Source: an uncultured Gammaproteobacteria bacterium
GTDB lineage: Bacteria > Pseudomonadota > Gammaproteobacteria > Steroidobacterales > UBA11654
Assembly: GCA_937801655.1 (NCBI GenBank)
Contig: CALMWC010000005.1
Location: 1,811-65,810, forward strand
Length of the DNA: 64,000 bases
Direction of reading: 5' to 3'
Shown: one piece after another, positions 9,176-17,518 of the stretch
Layout of the letters: the number at the start of each line of letters is the position of its first letter
How positions within the stretch are numbered: the first letter of the stretch is position 1
Notes under the pieces: model-generated
The model's input: the letters and a program-made list of their open reading frames with translations, nothing else
The model's database searches: none
What the model was told of the DNA's origin: nothing
Position numbers and translations under genes: made by a program

Positions 9176-9755
9176 CTACTCCTTGTATCTGAACCCGTTC
9201 CGGTTCGTAGGCAATGGTTTCCATAAACTTATTTTCAGGCATTAAAAGAACCATTCCATCTGGTAATCTTTTGAGTCGCTTTAGGGTTGCTTCAATACCA
9301 TCAATTAATGCAACGATAATGTCTCCATTATTAGCAGTATTTTGATGTTTTATTATGACAGTATCACCATCAAGAATACCTGCCTCCATCATTGAGTCTC
9401 CTGTAACTTGTAAAGCAAATCTATCTGCATTCATTATGAAATCGGCTAAATTAATCTCATCTCGACCCTCAATGGCTTCAATAGGATGGCCTGCAGCAAT
9501 TCGACCTAAAAGGGGAATTGTTGGCACTAGTGGAATGTTTTCATTGGCTTCTGGATTTAAATGAATACCACGTTTTCGATTTGGCAAAATAGTGATCAAG
9601 TGAGACGATTCTAATGATTTTAAATATCGATGCACAACTCCTCTTGAATTGATACCGATACCTTGCGCTATCTCTTTCAAGGTAGGAGCATAGCCTTTTT
9701 CCATAAAGTATTGCTGGATAAATTTAAAAGTTTTTTTCTCGCTTGGCGTTAACAT
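9147..9755 (-). CDS. lexA: LexA repressor (S24 autopeptidase)
   Basis: N-terminal wHTH (YAPTLKEIAQGIGINSRGVVHRYLKSLE), Ala-Gly cleavage site (RIAAGHP), catalytic Ser (GDSM) and Lys (ATLKRL). Confidence 0.9.
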   Translation of the reverse strand: MLTPSEKKTFKFIQQYFMEKGYAPTLKEIAQGIGINSRGVVHRYLKSLESSHLITILPNRKRGIHLNPEANENIPLVPTIPLLGRIAAGHPIEAIEGRDEINLADFIMNADRFALQVTGDSMMEAGILDGDTVIIKHQNTANNGDIIVALIDGIEATLKRLKRLPDGMVLLMPENKFMETIAYEPERVQIQGVVVGQLRSYQ

Positions 9756-9790
9756 AATCTTTCTTCCACTGATAATTTTTTAATCATTAG

Positions 9791-9819
9791 ATAATAGAGA
9801 ACAAATAGAGAACATTCAA
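9791..9819 (-). promoter_or_regulatory. predicted lexA promoter (TTGAAT-N17-TATTAT) with a GTTC-N7-GTTC direct repeat in the spacer (candidate LexA operator)
   Basis: The minus strand reads TTGAAT GTTCTCTATTTGTTCTC TATTAT. On the plus strand, 9793-9814 is a perfect tandem duplication of AATAGAGAACA. The site lies 35 nt upstream of the lexA ATG. Confidence 0.5.
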
Positions 9820-9947
9820 TGAAATATTTATAATTTTTATATTTTTGTAGAAAATTGAGAGTATCTGAAGTTGCCTACATAGCTGATATAGAGTTTAATA
9901 GCATCTTTAAGAGTAGACTATGCAATATAATGAGGTTATTTGATTAA

Positions 9948-10211
9948 ATGTTGCCATTCGAATTAATTATAAGAGCTGTAAGCATTGTTTTTGGCTTAGG
10001 TATGTTTGTTCTCGCAATTATATTAGGAGGGTTTGTTTTTATTGCGTTTGCTGGCTTGATTCTCCTGGCTGTGATTATTTTCTATATCAGAGGTTTTTTC
10101 TATAAAAAGAAAAATATATTTAATTCAGAAGAGAAGAGTCAATCTAATTCAAATGACACAATAATTGATGCAGAGTACACCGTTATAGATGATAAGGATT
10201 CAGATGATTGA
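9948..10211 (+). CDS. small membrane protein (two predicted TM helices, acidic tail)
   Basis: 87 aa with hydrophobic stretches AVSIVFGLGMFVLAIILGGFVFIAFAGLILLAVIIFYI followed by an S/D/E-rich tail. Transcribed divergently from lexA. Confidence 0.45.
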   Translation: MLPFELIIRAVSIVFGLGMFVLAIILGGFVFIAFAGLILLAVIIFYIRGFFYKKKNIFNSEEKSQSNSNDTIIDAEYTVIDDKDSDD

Positions 10212-10776
10212 TCGTATAAATGAATATAAGGTCAAAAGAAAGAAGCGACAATTAAGGCGAATTATTTTTGCTCTTATCTTTATTGGTTTTGCGACATTGC
10301 TTTCGTGGTTCTTTGAGTCACAGGCTACAACAACTGTTTTACTGACAACACATACTCAGATTAATTCTGACTTAAAGTCTAATTCTGGTCTTAATAAAGA
10401 GGGTGTTAAAAGAGCAGATAAGCTTCAAGAGATGCTTCAATCTATTGATATTATTACTGGTCTTGATGCTATTTATGCAACTCCTTTAAGAGCAACACAA
10501 GAAACTGCTGAACCACTATCAAGAAGCTTGAACATACCTGTAAATATTATTGAAGCCCAAGATGTAGATGGTTTGATTGATATCATTATGAGTAAACATA
10601 AAGGTAAAATAATTCTAGTCGTTACTCATCCAGATACATTATTAAAACTTATTATTGAACTTCAAGGCAGTAAGAAAATAGATCAAAAAACTGTGGATGA
10701 GTTAAACAAAGTCTTTGTCGTAAGCGTTCCTTGGTTTGGTAAAGTTAAGACGTTACAGCTGCAGTATGGAAGTTAG
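10189..10776 (+). CDS. membrane-anchored histidine-phosphatase-superfamily (SixA/PGAM-like) protein, divergent
   Basis: By-eye similarity to SixA-type phosphatases (ATPLRATQETAEPL, VVTHPDT), but the N-terminal RHG motif reads TTHT. Has an N-terminal TM segment. Confidence 0.45.
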   Translation: MIRIQMIDRINEYKVKRKKRQLRRIIFALIFIGFATLLSWFFESQATTTVLLTTHTQINSDLKSNSGLNKEGVKRADKLQEMLQSIDIITGLDAIYATPLRATQETAEPLSRSLNIPVNIIEAQDVDGLIDIIMSKHKGKIILVVTHPDTLLKLIIELQGSKKIDQKTVDELNKVFVVSVPWFGKVKTLQLQYGS

Positions 10777-10818
10777 AGAAAATCATCATTTATAAAAGGT
10801 TCTGTTAAAATATAAAAT

Positions 10819-11340
10819 ATGAAAAGAAAAAATAAATACAATCTTCAAGAGCTTCTGGATTGCGCCAAAGAGAAATTATTTGGTCCTGATAATGCAAGAC
10901 TGCCACTTCCACCAATGTTGATGATTGATCGCATTACCCACATCAGTGATGAAGGCGGAGATTATGGTAAAGGTGAGATTATTGCTGAGCTAGATATTAA
11001 AAAAGATGCTTGGTTCTTTGACTGTCATTTCTACTCTGATCCGGTGATGCCAGGCTCTCTAGGTATTGATGCAATGTGGCAATTAATTGGTTTTTTCTTA
11101 GGCTGGATTGGTGGGCAAGGACGAGGTAGAGCTTTAGGTGGAGGAAAAATAAAGTTTACAGGACAGGTTACACCCAGCACCAAAATGATTACCTATCATT
11201 TGCATATGAAGAGAGTTATTAACTCACGATTAGTTATGGGCATAGCTGATGCAACCTTAAAGGCCGATGATAAAGTTATCTACTCTGGAGAGGATTTACG
11301 AGTCGGATTGTTTCAAAACCTATCAGAGGTGAATTCATGA
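10819..11340 (+). CDS. fabA: 3-hydroxydecanoyl-ACP dehydratase/isomerase
   Basis: Strong match to the FabA active-site region ([32 protein letters not shown]). Followed by fabB with an ATGA overlap. Confidence 0.9.
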   Translation: MKRKNKYNLQELLDCAKEKLFGPDNARLPLPPMLMIDRITHISDEGGDYGKGEIIAELDIKKDAWFFDCHFYSDPVMPGSLGIDAMWQLIGFFLGWIGGQGRGRALGGGKIKFTGQVTPSTKMITYHLHMKRVINSRLVMGIADATLKADDKVIYSGEDLRVGLFQNLSEVNS

Positions 11341-12539
11341 AAAGAGTTGTTGTTACAGGTTTAGGTATTCTTAGCTCTATTGGTAATAATAAAGAAGAAG
11401 TTAGAGAATCTTTAAAGACAGGGAAGTCAGGTATTTCTCATCGACAACAATTTGTAGATCAAGGACTAAAGAGTCATGTTGCAGGATCTATTGATATAAA
11501 TTTAGCCGAATGCATTGATAGAAAATTAAAACGTTTTATGAGTGATGGCATTGGTTTTAATTATTTAGCCATGAAGGAGGCCATTGAAGACTCTGGCTTG
11601 ATAGAAGAACAAGTAAGTAATATACGAACTGGATTGATTATGGGTAATGGTGGTGGATCTCCAGAAACAGTTGTTTATGGAGCAGATGCTCTAAGAGAAA
11701 AAGGAAAGGTTAGTCCATTTCTGGTTACTCGTTCTATGGCAAGTGGCAATTCAGGTGTTTTAGGTACAGCTTTTAAGATTAAGGGTATCAATTATTCCAT
11801 CAGTTCAGCCTGTGCTACTAGTGCACATTGTATTGGTAATGCTGCTGAGCTTATTCAGTTTGGCAAGCAAGACGTAGTGTTTGCTGGTGGAGGTGACGAG
11901 GTTCACTGGGTACTCGCTTCATTCTTTGATGGCATGAAAGCTTTATCAACAATTTATAATGCAACACCAGATAAGGCTTCTAGAGCATTTGATGCCAATA
12001 GAGATGGGTTTGTAATATCCGGTGGTGGTGGTGTTGTTGTCATGGAAGAGTATGAGCATGCCATATCACGAGGAGCAAATATTTATGGTGAATTAGTAGG
12101 TTATGGTGCCACTTCAGATGGATTTGATATGGTGCAACCGTCAGGTGAAGGTGCCGTCAGATGCATGCAACAAGCTATGGAAAATTCTAAATCAATCGAC
12201 TATATTAATGTTCATGGCACGAGTACCCCTGTTGGTGATACGAAAGAATTGGAAGCCATTAAAGAAGTTTTTGGCGATAATGTTCCAAAGATAAGTTCTA
12301 CTAAATCACTGACCGGCCATTCATTGGGTGTTGCAGGAGTTCATGAAGCCATCTATTCGCTTTTAATGTTAGATTCTGATTTTATTGCTGCATCTGCTAA
12401 TGTTGAGAATCTTGATCCAGCAGCTGAAGGGGTTCCAATTGTTCAAGTATTGGAAGAAGAGGCAGGGCTTAATACAGTAATGTCGAATAGCTTTGGTTTT
12501 GGAGGGACGAATGCTTCTCTCATTTTTTCGAAGATCTAG
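11337..12539 (+). CDS. fabB: beta-ketoacyl-ACP synthase I
   Basis: KAS motifs: [14 protein letters not shown] (active Cys), [29 protein letters not shown]. Confidence 0.9.
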   Translation: MKRVVVTGLGILSSIGNNKEEVRESLKTGKSGISHRQQFVDQGLKSHVAGSIDINLAECIDRKLKRFMSDGIGFNYLAMKEAIEDSGLIEEQVSNIRTGLIMGNGGGSPETVVYGADALREKGKVSPFLVTRSMASGNSGVLGTAFKIKGINYSISSACATSAHCIGNAAELIQFGKQDVVFAGGGDEVHWVLASFFDGMKALSTIYNATPDKASRAFDANRDGFVISGGGGVVVMEEYEHAISRGANIYGELVGYGATSDGFDMVQPSGEGAVRCMQQAMENSKSIDYINVHGTSTPVGDTKELEAIKEVFGDNVPKISSTKSLTGHSLGVAGVHEAIYSLLMLDSDFIAASANVENLDPAAEGVPIVQVLEEEAGLNTVMSNSFGFGGTNASLIFSKI

Positions 12540-13489
12540 CTTTTACTAAATTCATTGGTAGCTTTAATCAGCTCATGGGTTATTTCTTTTTCAAAAGCAG
12601 TATGTCCAGAAAAAGGAGCAATAATAAGTGATGCTTCAGGCCAATTCTTAGAAACCTCCCAAGCTGTTTCGATTGGACATACCATGTCATATCGACCTTG
12701 GACTATGACTGTTGGTATGTTGCGAATTTTTTGGATACCATCGATCAGTTGGTTTTCATTATCAAAGAAACCATGGTTAATAAAATAATGATTTTCAATC
12801 AAAGCAAATGCAAGAGCAAAATGAGGATTCGAGAATTCATCTACTCTAGAAGATTCATAGGATAAGCTACTTGTAGCTGCTTCCCATTGTGACCAAGCAA
12901 TTGCAGCTTTTAATTTTAATTCCTTATCATCACCTTTAAAAATCTGATGATAAGCATGCATCAAATTATGACGCTTAGAAGTATCTATTATTTGAATAAA
13001 ATTTTGCCAAGCTTCAGGAAAAATATTACTAGCGCCTTCTTGATAAAACCACTGAAGTTCCTTTTTTCTTAGTAAAAAAATACCTCTTAGAATCATTTCA
13101 CTAACCGAGCTTGGATGAGTCTGAGCATAAGCTAATGCAAGTGTGCTTCCCCAAGAACCTCCAAATACTAACCATTTATCAATATTCAACTTCAATCTTA
13201 ATAATTCTATATCAGAGACAAGATCCCAAGTTGTATTATTCGTTAGCAGGCCATTTGGTTTACTTCTTCCACAACCTCTTTGATCAAAAATAATAATACG
13301 ATAAATTTTTGGATCAAAAAATCTTCTTACATTAACATCACCACCACCACCTGGTCCTCCATGTAAAAATAAGGCTGGTTTACCATCAGGGTTACCACAC
13401 TGTTCATAGTAAATATTATGTTCATCAGCTGAATAGTAGCCAGTATCATAAGGCATGCATGGAGGGTAGAGACTAAATGTATTGTTCAT
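12536..13489 (-). CDS. pip: prolyl aminopeptidase (proline iminopeptidase)
   Basis: HGGPGGG oxyanion motif and [12 protein letters not shown] nucleophile elbow. Length is typical of Pip. Confidence 0.9.
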   Translation of the reverse strand: MNNTFSLYPPCMPYDTGYYSADEHNIYYEQCGNPDGKPALFLHGGPGGGGDVNVRRFFDPKIYRIIIFDQRGCGRSKPNGLLTNNTTWDLVSDIELLRLKLNIDKWLVFGGSWGSTLALAYAQTHPSSVSEMILRGIFLLRKKELQWFYQEGASNIFPEAWQNFIQIIDTSKRHNLMHAYHQIFKGDDKELKLKAAIAWSQWEAATSSLSYESSRVDEFSNPHFALAFALIENHYFINHGFFDNENQLIDGIQKIRNIPTVIVQGRYDMVCPIETAWEVSKNWPEASLIIAPFSGHTAFEKEITHELIKATNEFSKS

Positions 13490-13573
13490 AAGTAAATTAG
13501 TATATCCATATAATATATTATGCTTTCGAATATAGTTTTTAGACTGCTATGATCCAATCTAAAAATCAAATAA

Positions 13574-14005
13574 ATGAGTAAAAAAAATATGTCTAATAGA
13601 TTTCATCTTGCGGTACCAGTTTTCAATTTAGTGGAAGCTACATCTTTTTATTGTGATTTTCTAGCTTGTACTCCAGGCAATTATGAAACCAAAAAATGGC
13701 AAGATATAAATTTTTGGGGCAATGAATTAACATTGCATTATTCAAGTAATAGGGCCTTCAGAGAGAGGCATAGCGTTGATATGGGAGAAGTGTGTGTTCC
13801 ACACTTTGGTATACATTTAATAAGAGAGGACTTCAATCAATTAAAAGAAAGAATAATAAATAATGAAAAAATTACGTTTTTTGATGATCCATATTTAAGA
13901 TTCTTTGATGAGCCAAGAGAACAAGAAACATTCTTTATTGAGGACCCAAGTAAGAATGTAATTGAAATTAAAACAATGAAAAATCCTGAAACTTTATTCC
14001 GGTAA
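13574..14005 (+). CDS. VOC (glyoxalase/dioxygenase-like) family protein
   Basis: FHLAVPV...FY start and the C-terminal FFIEDPSKNVIEIK block are typical of small VOC-fold proteins. Assignment is by pattern only. Confidence 0.5.
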   Translation: MSKKNMSNRFHLAVPVFNLVEATSFYCDFLACTPGNYETKKWQDINFWGNELTLHYSSNRAFRERHSVDMGEVCVPHFGIHLIREDFNQLKERIINNEKITFFDDPYLRFFDEPREQETFFIEDPSKNVIEIKTMKNPETLFR

Positions 14006-14023
14006 TAAAACGTTATTTATATT

Positions 14024-14626
14024 CTAGTCTTTATCTTTCCATAAATGTAAGGCTAGATAGGATTGATAGGGGTCCATCAGAGCTAGGAGCTTCTCAGGAT
14101 TTATTTCAGATTTATCACAAAGTTCATGTATTCCACGATTTAAGATCAGATCTTTCTCAGACCATATGTTAGTTTTACCAAGATAAAATATAGCAATCAT
14201 CTCTGCAGACCAATCTCCGAAACCCCAAAGCTGAGTAATTGTTTTTTTATACAGTGGATAATCCATATTAGAAATTATTTTAAATGTAAGAGCTCCACTT
14301 TGAATTTCTTTTTTAGCACCTAAAATAGCTTTTATCTTATTTTTTGATAATCCATTGTCTCTAATCAATTCAATATTTAAATCATCAAAATAATCTATCA
14401 AGCTTAAGTTTAATCTAGCAGCTGTATTCTTAATTTTTCCCCAAATACTTTTTGCTGCTTTGTAAGATAATTGCTGTTCAACGACTGTTTGAGCTAAGCA
14501 ATCAAATATATTTAAATTCTTAGGAATATCAATATTAATAATTCCATTTTGTCTAATAATAGTTTCCAGAGCAGGGCAATGCTTGTTGCTAACTTTTAAA
14601 AGATGTTGATGAATTTTTTTACTCAT
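14024..14626 (-). CDS. HhH-GPD DNA glycosylase (AlkA / 3-methyladenine glycosylase II-like)
   Basis: Blocks VVEQQLSYKAAKSIW, GLSKNKIKAI and LWGFGDWSAEM resemble the HhH-GPD glycosylase core. Confidence 0.6.
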   Translation of the reverse strand: MSKKIHQHLLKVSNKHCPALETIIRQNGIINIDIPKNLNIFDCLAQTVVEQQLSYKAAKSIWGKIKNTAARLNLSLIDYFDDLNIELIRDNGLSKNKIKAILGAKKEIQSGALTFKIISNMDYPLYKKTITQLWGFGDWSAEMIAIFYLGKTNIWSEKDLILNRGIHELCDKSEINPEKLLALMDPYQSYLALHLWKDKD

Positions 14627-14678
14627 AAATGCACAATAGCAAAAATACAGAATGATGATAATGTTATAATTTTTTTAT

Positions 14679-14755
14679 GCCTCGGTAGCTCAGTAGGATA
14701 GAGCATCGGATTCCTAATCCGGGGGTCAGAGGTTCGAATCCTCTTCGGGGCACCA
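14679..14755 (+). tRNA. tRNA-Arg (anticodon CCU)
   Basis: Cloverleaf: acceptor GCCTCGG/TCGGGGC, D-arm GCTCAGTAGGATAGAGC, anticodon loop TTCCTAA, T-arm AGAGGTTCGAATCCTCT, encoded CCA. Confidence 0.9.
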
Positions 14756-14775
14756 AATAATTTAAAGGAATAATA

Positions 14776-16176
14776 TTGTTTCATTTAATAGGTATTCATG
14801 ATTTAGAATCGTTGGCTCAAATTATTGATGGCAAATTGACATGTCAAAATACAACATTTTCTTCACTTGTTGTTGACTCAAGAAAGGTAGTCAAGGACAG
14901 TGTTTTTTTAGCCTTAAAGGGCGACACATATGATGGAAGCAGTTATTGTCAGGATGCAATAGATAAAGGCGCTGTGGCTGTTATTACTGATATTAAGACG
15001 GCTATTAATGATGCAATAATAGTCGATGATACTTATTTGTCATTGCTCATGCTTGCTCAATATCAGCAACAAAAAATAAAACCTAAAACGGTTGCTATTA
15101 CTGGTAGTAATGGAAAAACAACAGTTAAAGAAATGATAGGCCAAATCCTTAGAGAGAAAGATTTGGTGATAACACATAAGAATGAAAACAATGAGTTTGG
15201 AATACCTTTTACAGTGCTAAGACTCACTGAAGAGACAAAATATTTAATACTAGAATGTGGGGCTAGAAAATTTGGTGATTTTAATTTAATCAGTGAGTTT
15301 CTCAATTTTGATATTGTTGCTATTACCAATATTAATAATAGCCATATTGAAATATTTGAAACTATTGAAAATATTATAAAAACAAAAACCAAGCTTTTTA
15401 ACGCTTTAAAACACAATGGATTAATTATAGATGGAGCTAATTTTAATAAGATCTCATATCCACTAGATGGTTTTAAACAAAATAATTCAACCATAACCAT
15501 TTATGGTAATAACAATAGAGAGGTATGGAGATCATTTTCAGAGCCAGTCAAAAATCCAGGTAAATATAACCTAAGATTTAGTAATGAGGAAGAGGATATT
15601 TATACAATCAATGAAGTAAATCTAGGAGCTAAACATAATGATAAGAATGCTTTAATTTCTTTCATAATTGCTAAAAAAATTGGCATTAAAATAGATGTAG
15701 CTCTCGAGAAACTATCTAGTATTCAATTACAATTATCAGACAGGTTTTTTATTAAGAGGGTGGGGAATCATGTATTGATTGACGATACATATAACGCAAA
15801 TCCAGTTTCAATGCATGCTGCTATTAATGAGTTAAAGTCTAATAATTTTTATCCAAAAAATAAGGTAATTGTTTTAGGAGATATGTTGGAACTTGGCAAT
15901 CAGTCATCTATTGAGCATTTAAAGCTACTCAGAGCAATCAGTGCTATGCAGGATATACAATCTATTATTCTTAAGGGGGATAGTTTTAAAAAGGCTTTAG
16001 AAAATCTTGATATGGATGAAAAGAATGATTTTATACTTCATCTTGATGAAAATGAGGTATTTCCTATTAAAGAGATAATTTCCTCACTAAAGGAACCTTC
16101 AGTGATATTGATAAAAGGCTCTCGAGGGATGAGAATGGAGCAAATAGTTGACTTATTTTTTTCTAATATTACATAA
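14776..16176 (+). CDS. murF: UDP-N-acetylmuramoyl-tripeptide--D-alanyl-D-alanine ligase (MurF-like)
   Basis: Mur ligase motifs: DSRKV...VFLALKG, ITGSNGKTTVKEM, DDTYNANPVSM, VLGDMLELG, KGSRGMRMEQ. TTG start 20 nt after the tRNA, with AAGGA upstream. Confidence 0.8.
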   Translation: MFHLIGIHDLESLAQIIDGKLTCQNTTFSSLVVDSRKVVKDSVFLALKGDTYDGSSYCQDAIDKGAVAVITDIKTAINDAIIVDDTYLSLLMLAQYQQQKIKPKTVAITGSNGKTTVKEMIGQILREKDLVITHKNENNEFGIPFTVLRLTEETKYLILECGARKFGDFNLISEFLNFDIVAITNINNSHIEIFETIENIIKTKTKLFNALKHNGLIIDGANFNKISYPLDGFKQNNSTITIYGNNNREVWRSFSEPVKNPGKYNLRFSNEEEDIYTINEVNLGAKHNDKNALISFIIAKKIGIKIDVALEKLSSIQLQLSDRFFIKRVGNHVLIDDTYNANPVSMHAAINELKSNNFYPKNKVIVLGDMLELGNQSSIEHLKLLRAISAMQDIQSIILKGDSFKKALENLDMDEKNDFILHLDENEVFPIKEIISSLKEPSVILIKGSRGMRMEQIVDLFFSNIT

Positions 16177-16554
16177 AAACTATATATATCAACATCTTAT
16201 GATCAATATCTGTAATCAATCATATTTATTTAAAAAATATTCATAAATTTAGAGCAAGAATATCCTTTAGCCCATGTATATCAGTATCTGTAGAGTAGGG
16301 TGTCTATATATTAAGTTAAGATCTGAGCCTTTATTCTTAATAATGTGCCTTTGCCTGCTAGAGAATTAAGAGAAATTTTACCAATTACTTATATATATTT
16401 ACTAATTTTTATAGCTCTTATCTAATTTGATCTATTTTCTCAGTGAATATAATGCTTCGATAATAAACGCTAACGAATAATAGTAGGAGCAAAAAAAAAC
16501 CTAAAAAAGGCTAAAATATAGTTCTATTATAACCTAAAGAAATATATAAAATAA

Positions 16555-16676
16555 CTATATAAAACAGATAATTAAACAATATAGATAAAGCTATATATTA
16601 ACTTAATGGATATAAAAAAACTATATAAAACATAAAATTAAACAATATAAATAAAGCTATATATTAACTTAATGTT
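16555..16676. repeat. two-copy 66-bp-period tandem repeat in an AT-rich spacer
   Basis: CTATATAAAACAGATAATTAAACAATATAGATAAAGCTATATATTAACTTAATG (16555-) is repeated at 16621- with about 3 substitutions. Each unit contains two CTATATA cores. Confidence 0.8.
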
Positions 16677-16790
16677 TAAAAATATCATTCTTGTTTAATG
16701 TATAAAATCCTATATTTAGCAATGGGATAAATATGTGTTTATACTGTCTTTAGCAATAGTCTATTCACATTTTATTATTTGGGTGCAAAT

Positions 16791-17411
16791 ATGACAAAAG
16801 AGTATGAAAGCAAGGGATATTCATCAGAAACTATAGAATTTGGTCAGAAACCAGCTATTTTAGTAGTTGACCTCCAGTTAGCCTTCACTGATCCTAAATT
16901 TCCCAATGGTGATATGCCTATGGTGGAAAAAGCTACGAATAAAACTTCTGAATTACTTGATGTAGCTAGAAACAATAAAATTCCAGTAGCATCTTGCTAT
17001 ACAGCTTACGATAGCCTTAAAGATATGCCATTGTGGAAAGTGAAAGCTGTTAGAGATGAGTTTTATCATGGACACCCCTGCACTGCGATGGACTCAAGAG
17101 TTTATGATTCAGACTATGACTTTAATTTTTGTAAGAATGCTCCTTCTATGTTTTTTTTAACTCCATTAACTACATTCCTCCATAAAGAAGGGGTGGATAC
17201 AGTTATCATAACTGGATGTGTTACTAGTGGGTGTATTAGAGCTACAGTAATAGATGCTTTTTCCCATGGTTTTAGAGTCTTTGTACCTGAAGATTGTGTT
17301 GGTGATGTTGAAGACAGACCACATAATGATAATTTGAGAGATATTTCGAGACGCTATGGTGAAGTCATAGATAGCTCAATCTGTATTGACTATATTAAAA
17401 ATTTAAGTTGA
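16791..17411 (+). CDS. isochorismatase-family cysteine hydrolase
   Basis: PAILVVDLQ (Asp) and ITGCVTSGCIRAT (Cys) motifs. I prefer the ATG at 16791 over the track start at 16779. Confidence 0.75.
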   Translation: MTKEYESKGYSSETIEFGQKPAILVVDLQLAFTDPKFPNGDMPMVEKATNKTSELLDVARNNKIPVASCYTAYDSLKDMPLWKVKAVRDEFYHGHPCTAMDSRVYDSDYDFNFCKNAPSMFFLTPLTTFLHKEGVDTVIITGCVTSGCIRATVIDAFSHGFRVFVPEDCVGDVEDRPHNDNLRDISRRYGEVIDSSICIDYIKNLS

Positions 17412-17518
17412 TTTAATGGCTACTCATTTCGGTATAGAAATGCCATAGGTGTTTTGAGTTGTCTTGCTGATATGGTTTTTGTAACGACGACAAACAAAAT
17501 ATTTTTAATTATTTTTTA

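Noticed and set aside
9756-9947. Canonical gammaproteobacterial SOS box (CTGT-N8-ACAG) upstream of lexA.
   Set aside because: I searched by eye on both strands. Neither CTGT nor ACAG occurs in the region, and the closest CTG-N10-CAT/TAA strings lack the second half-site.
15063-15500. 145-aa minus-strand ORF inside murF.
   Set aside because: It lies entirely antisense to a well-supported Mur ligase gene. Its low-complexity hydrophobic translation is typical of shadow frames, and it has no start context or motif.
16441-16520. Possible tmRNA, SRP RNA or RNase P RNA hidden in the spacer (for example, the CGCTAACGAATAATAG stretch looked tag-like).
   Set aside because: No tRNA-like acceptor/T-arm with CCA, no conserved SRP or RNase P core sequences, and too AT-rich for the expected helices. 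A novel sRNA cannot be excluded, but none of the known families is supported.
16177-16778. AT-rich ORF-free region considered as a chromosomal replication origin.
   Set aside because: Only one near-match to a DnaA box (cTATTCACA, 16761-16769). There is no cluster of boxes and no dnaA/dnaN/gidA-type neighbours.
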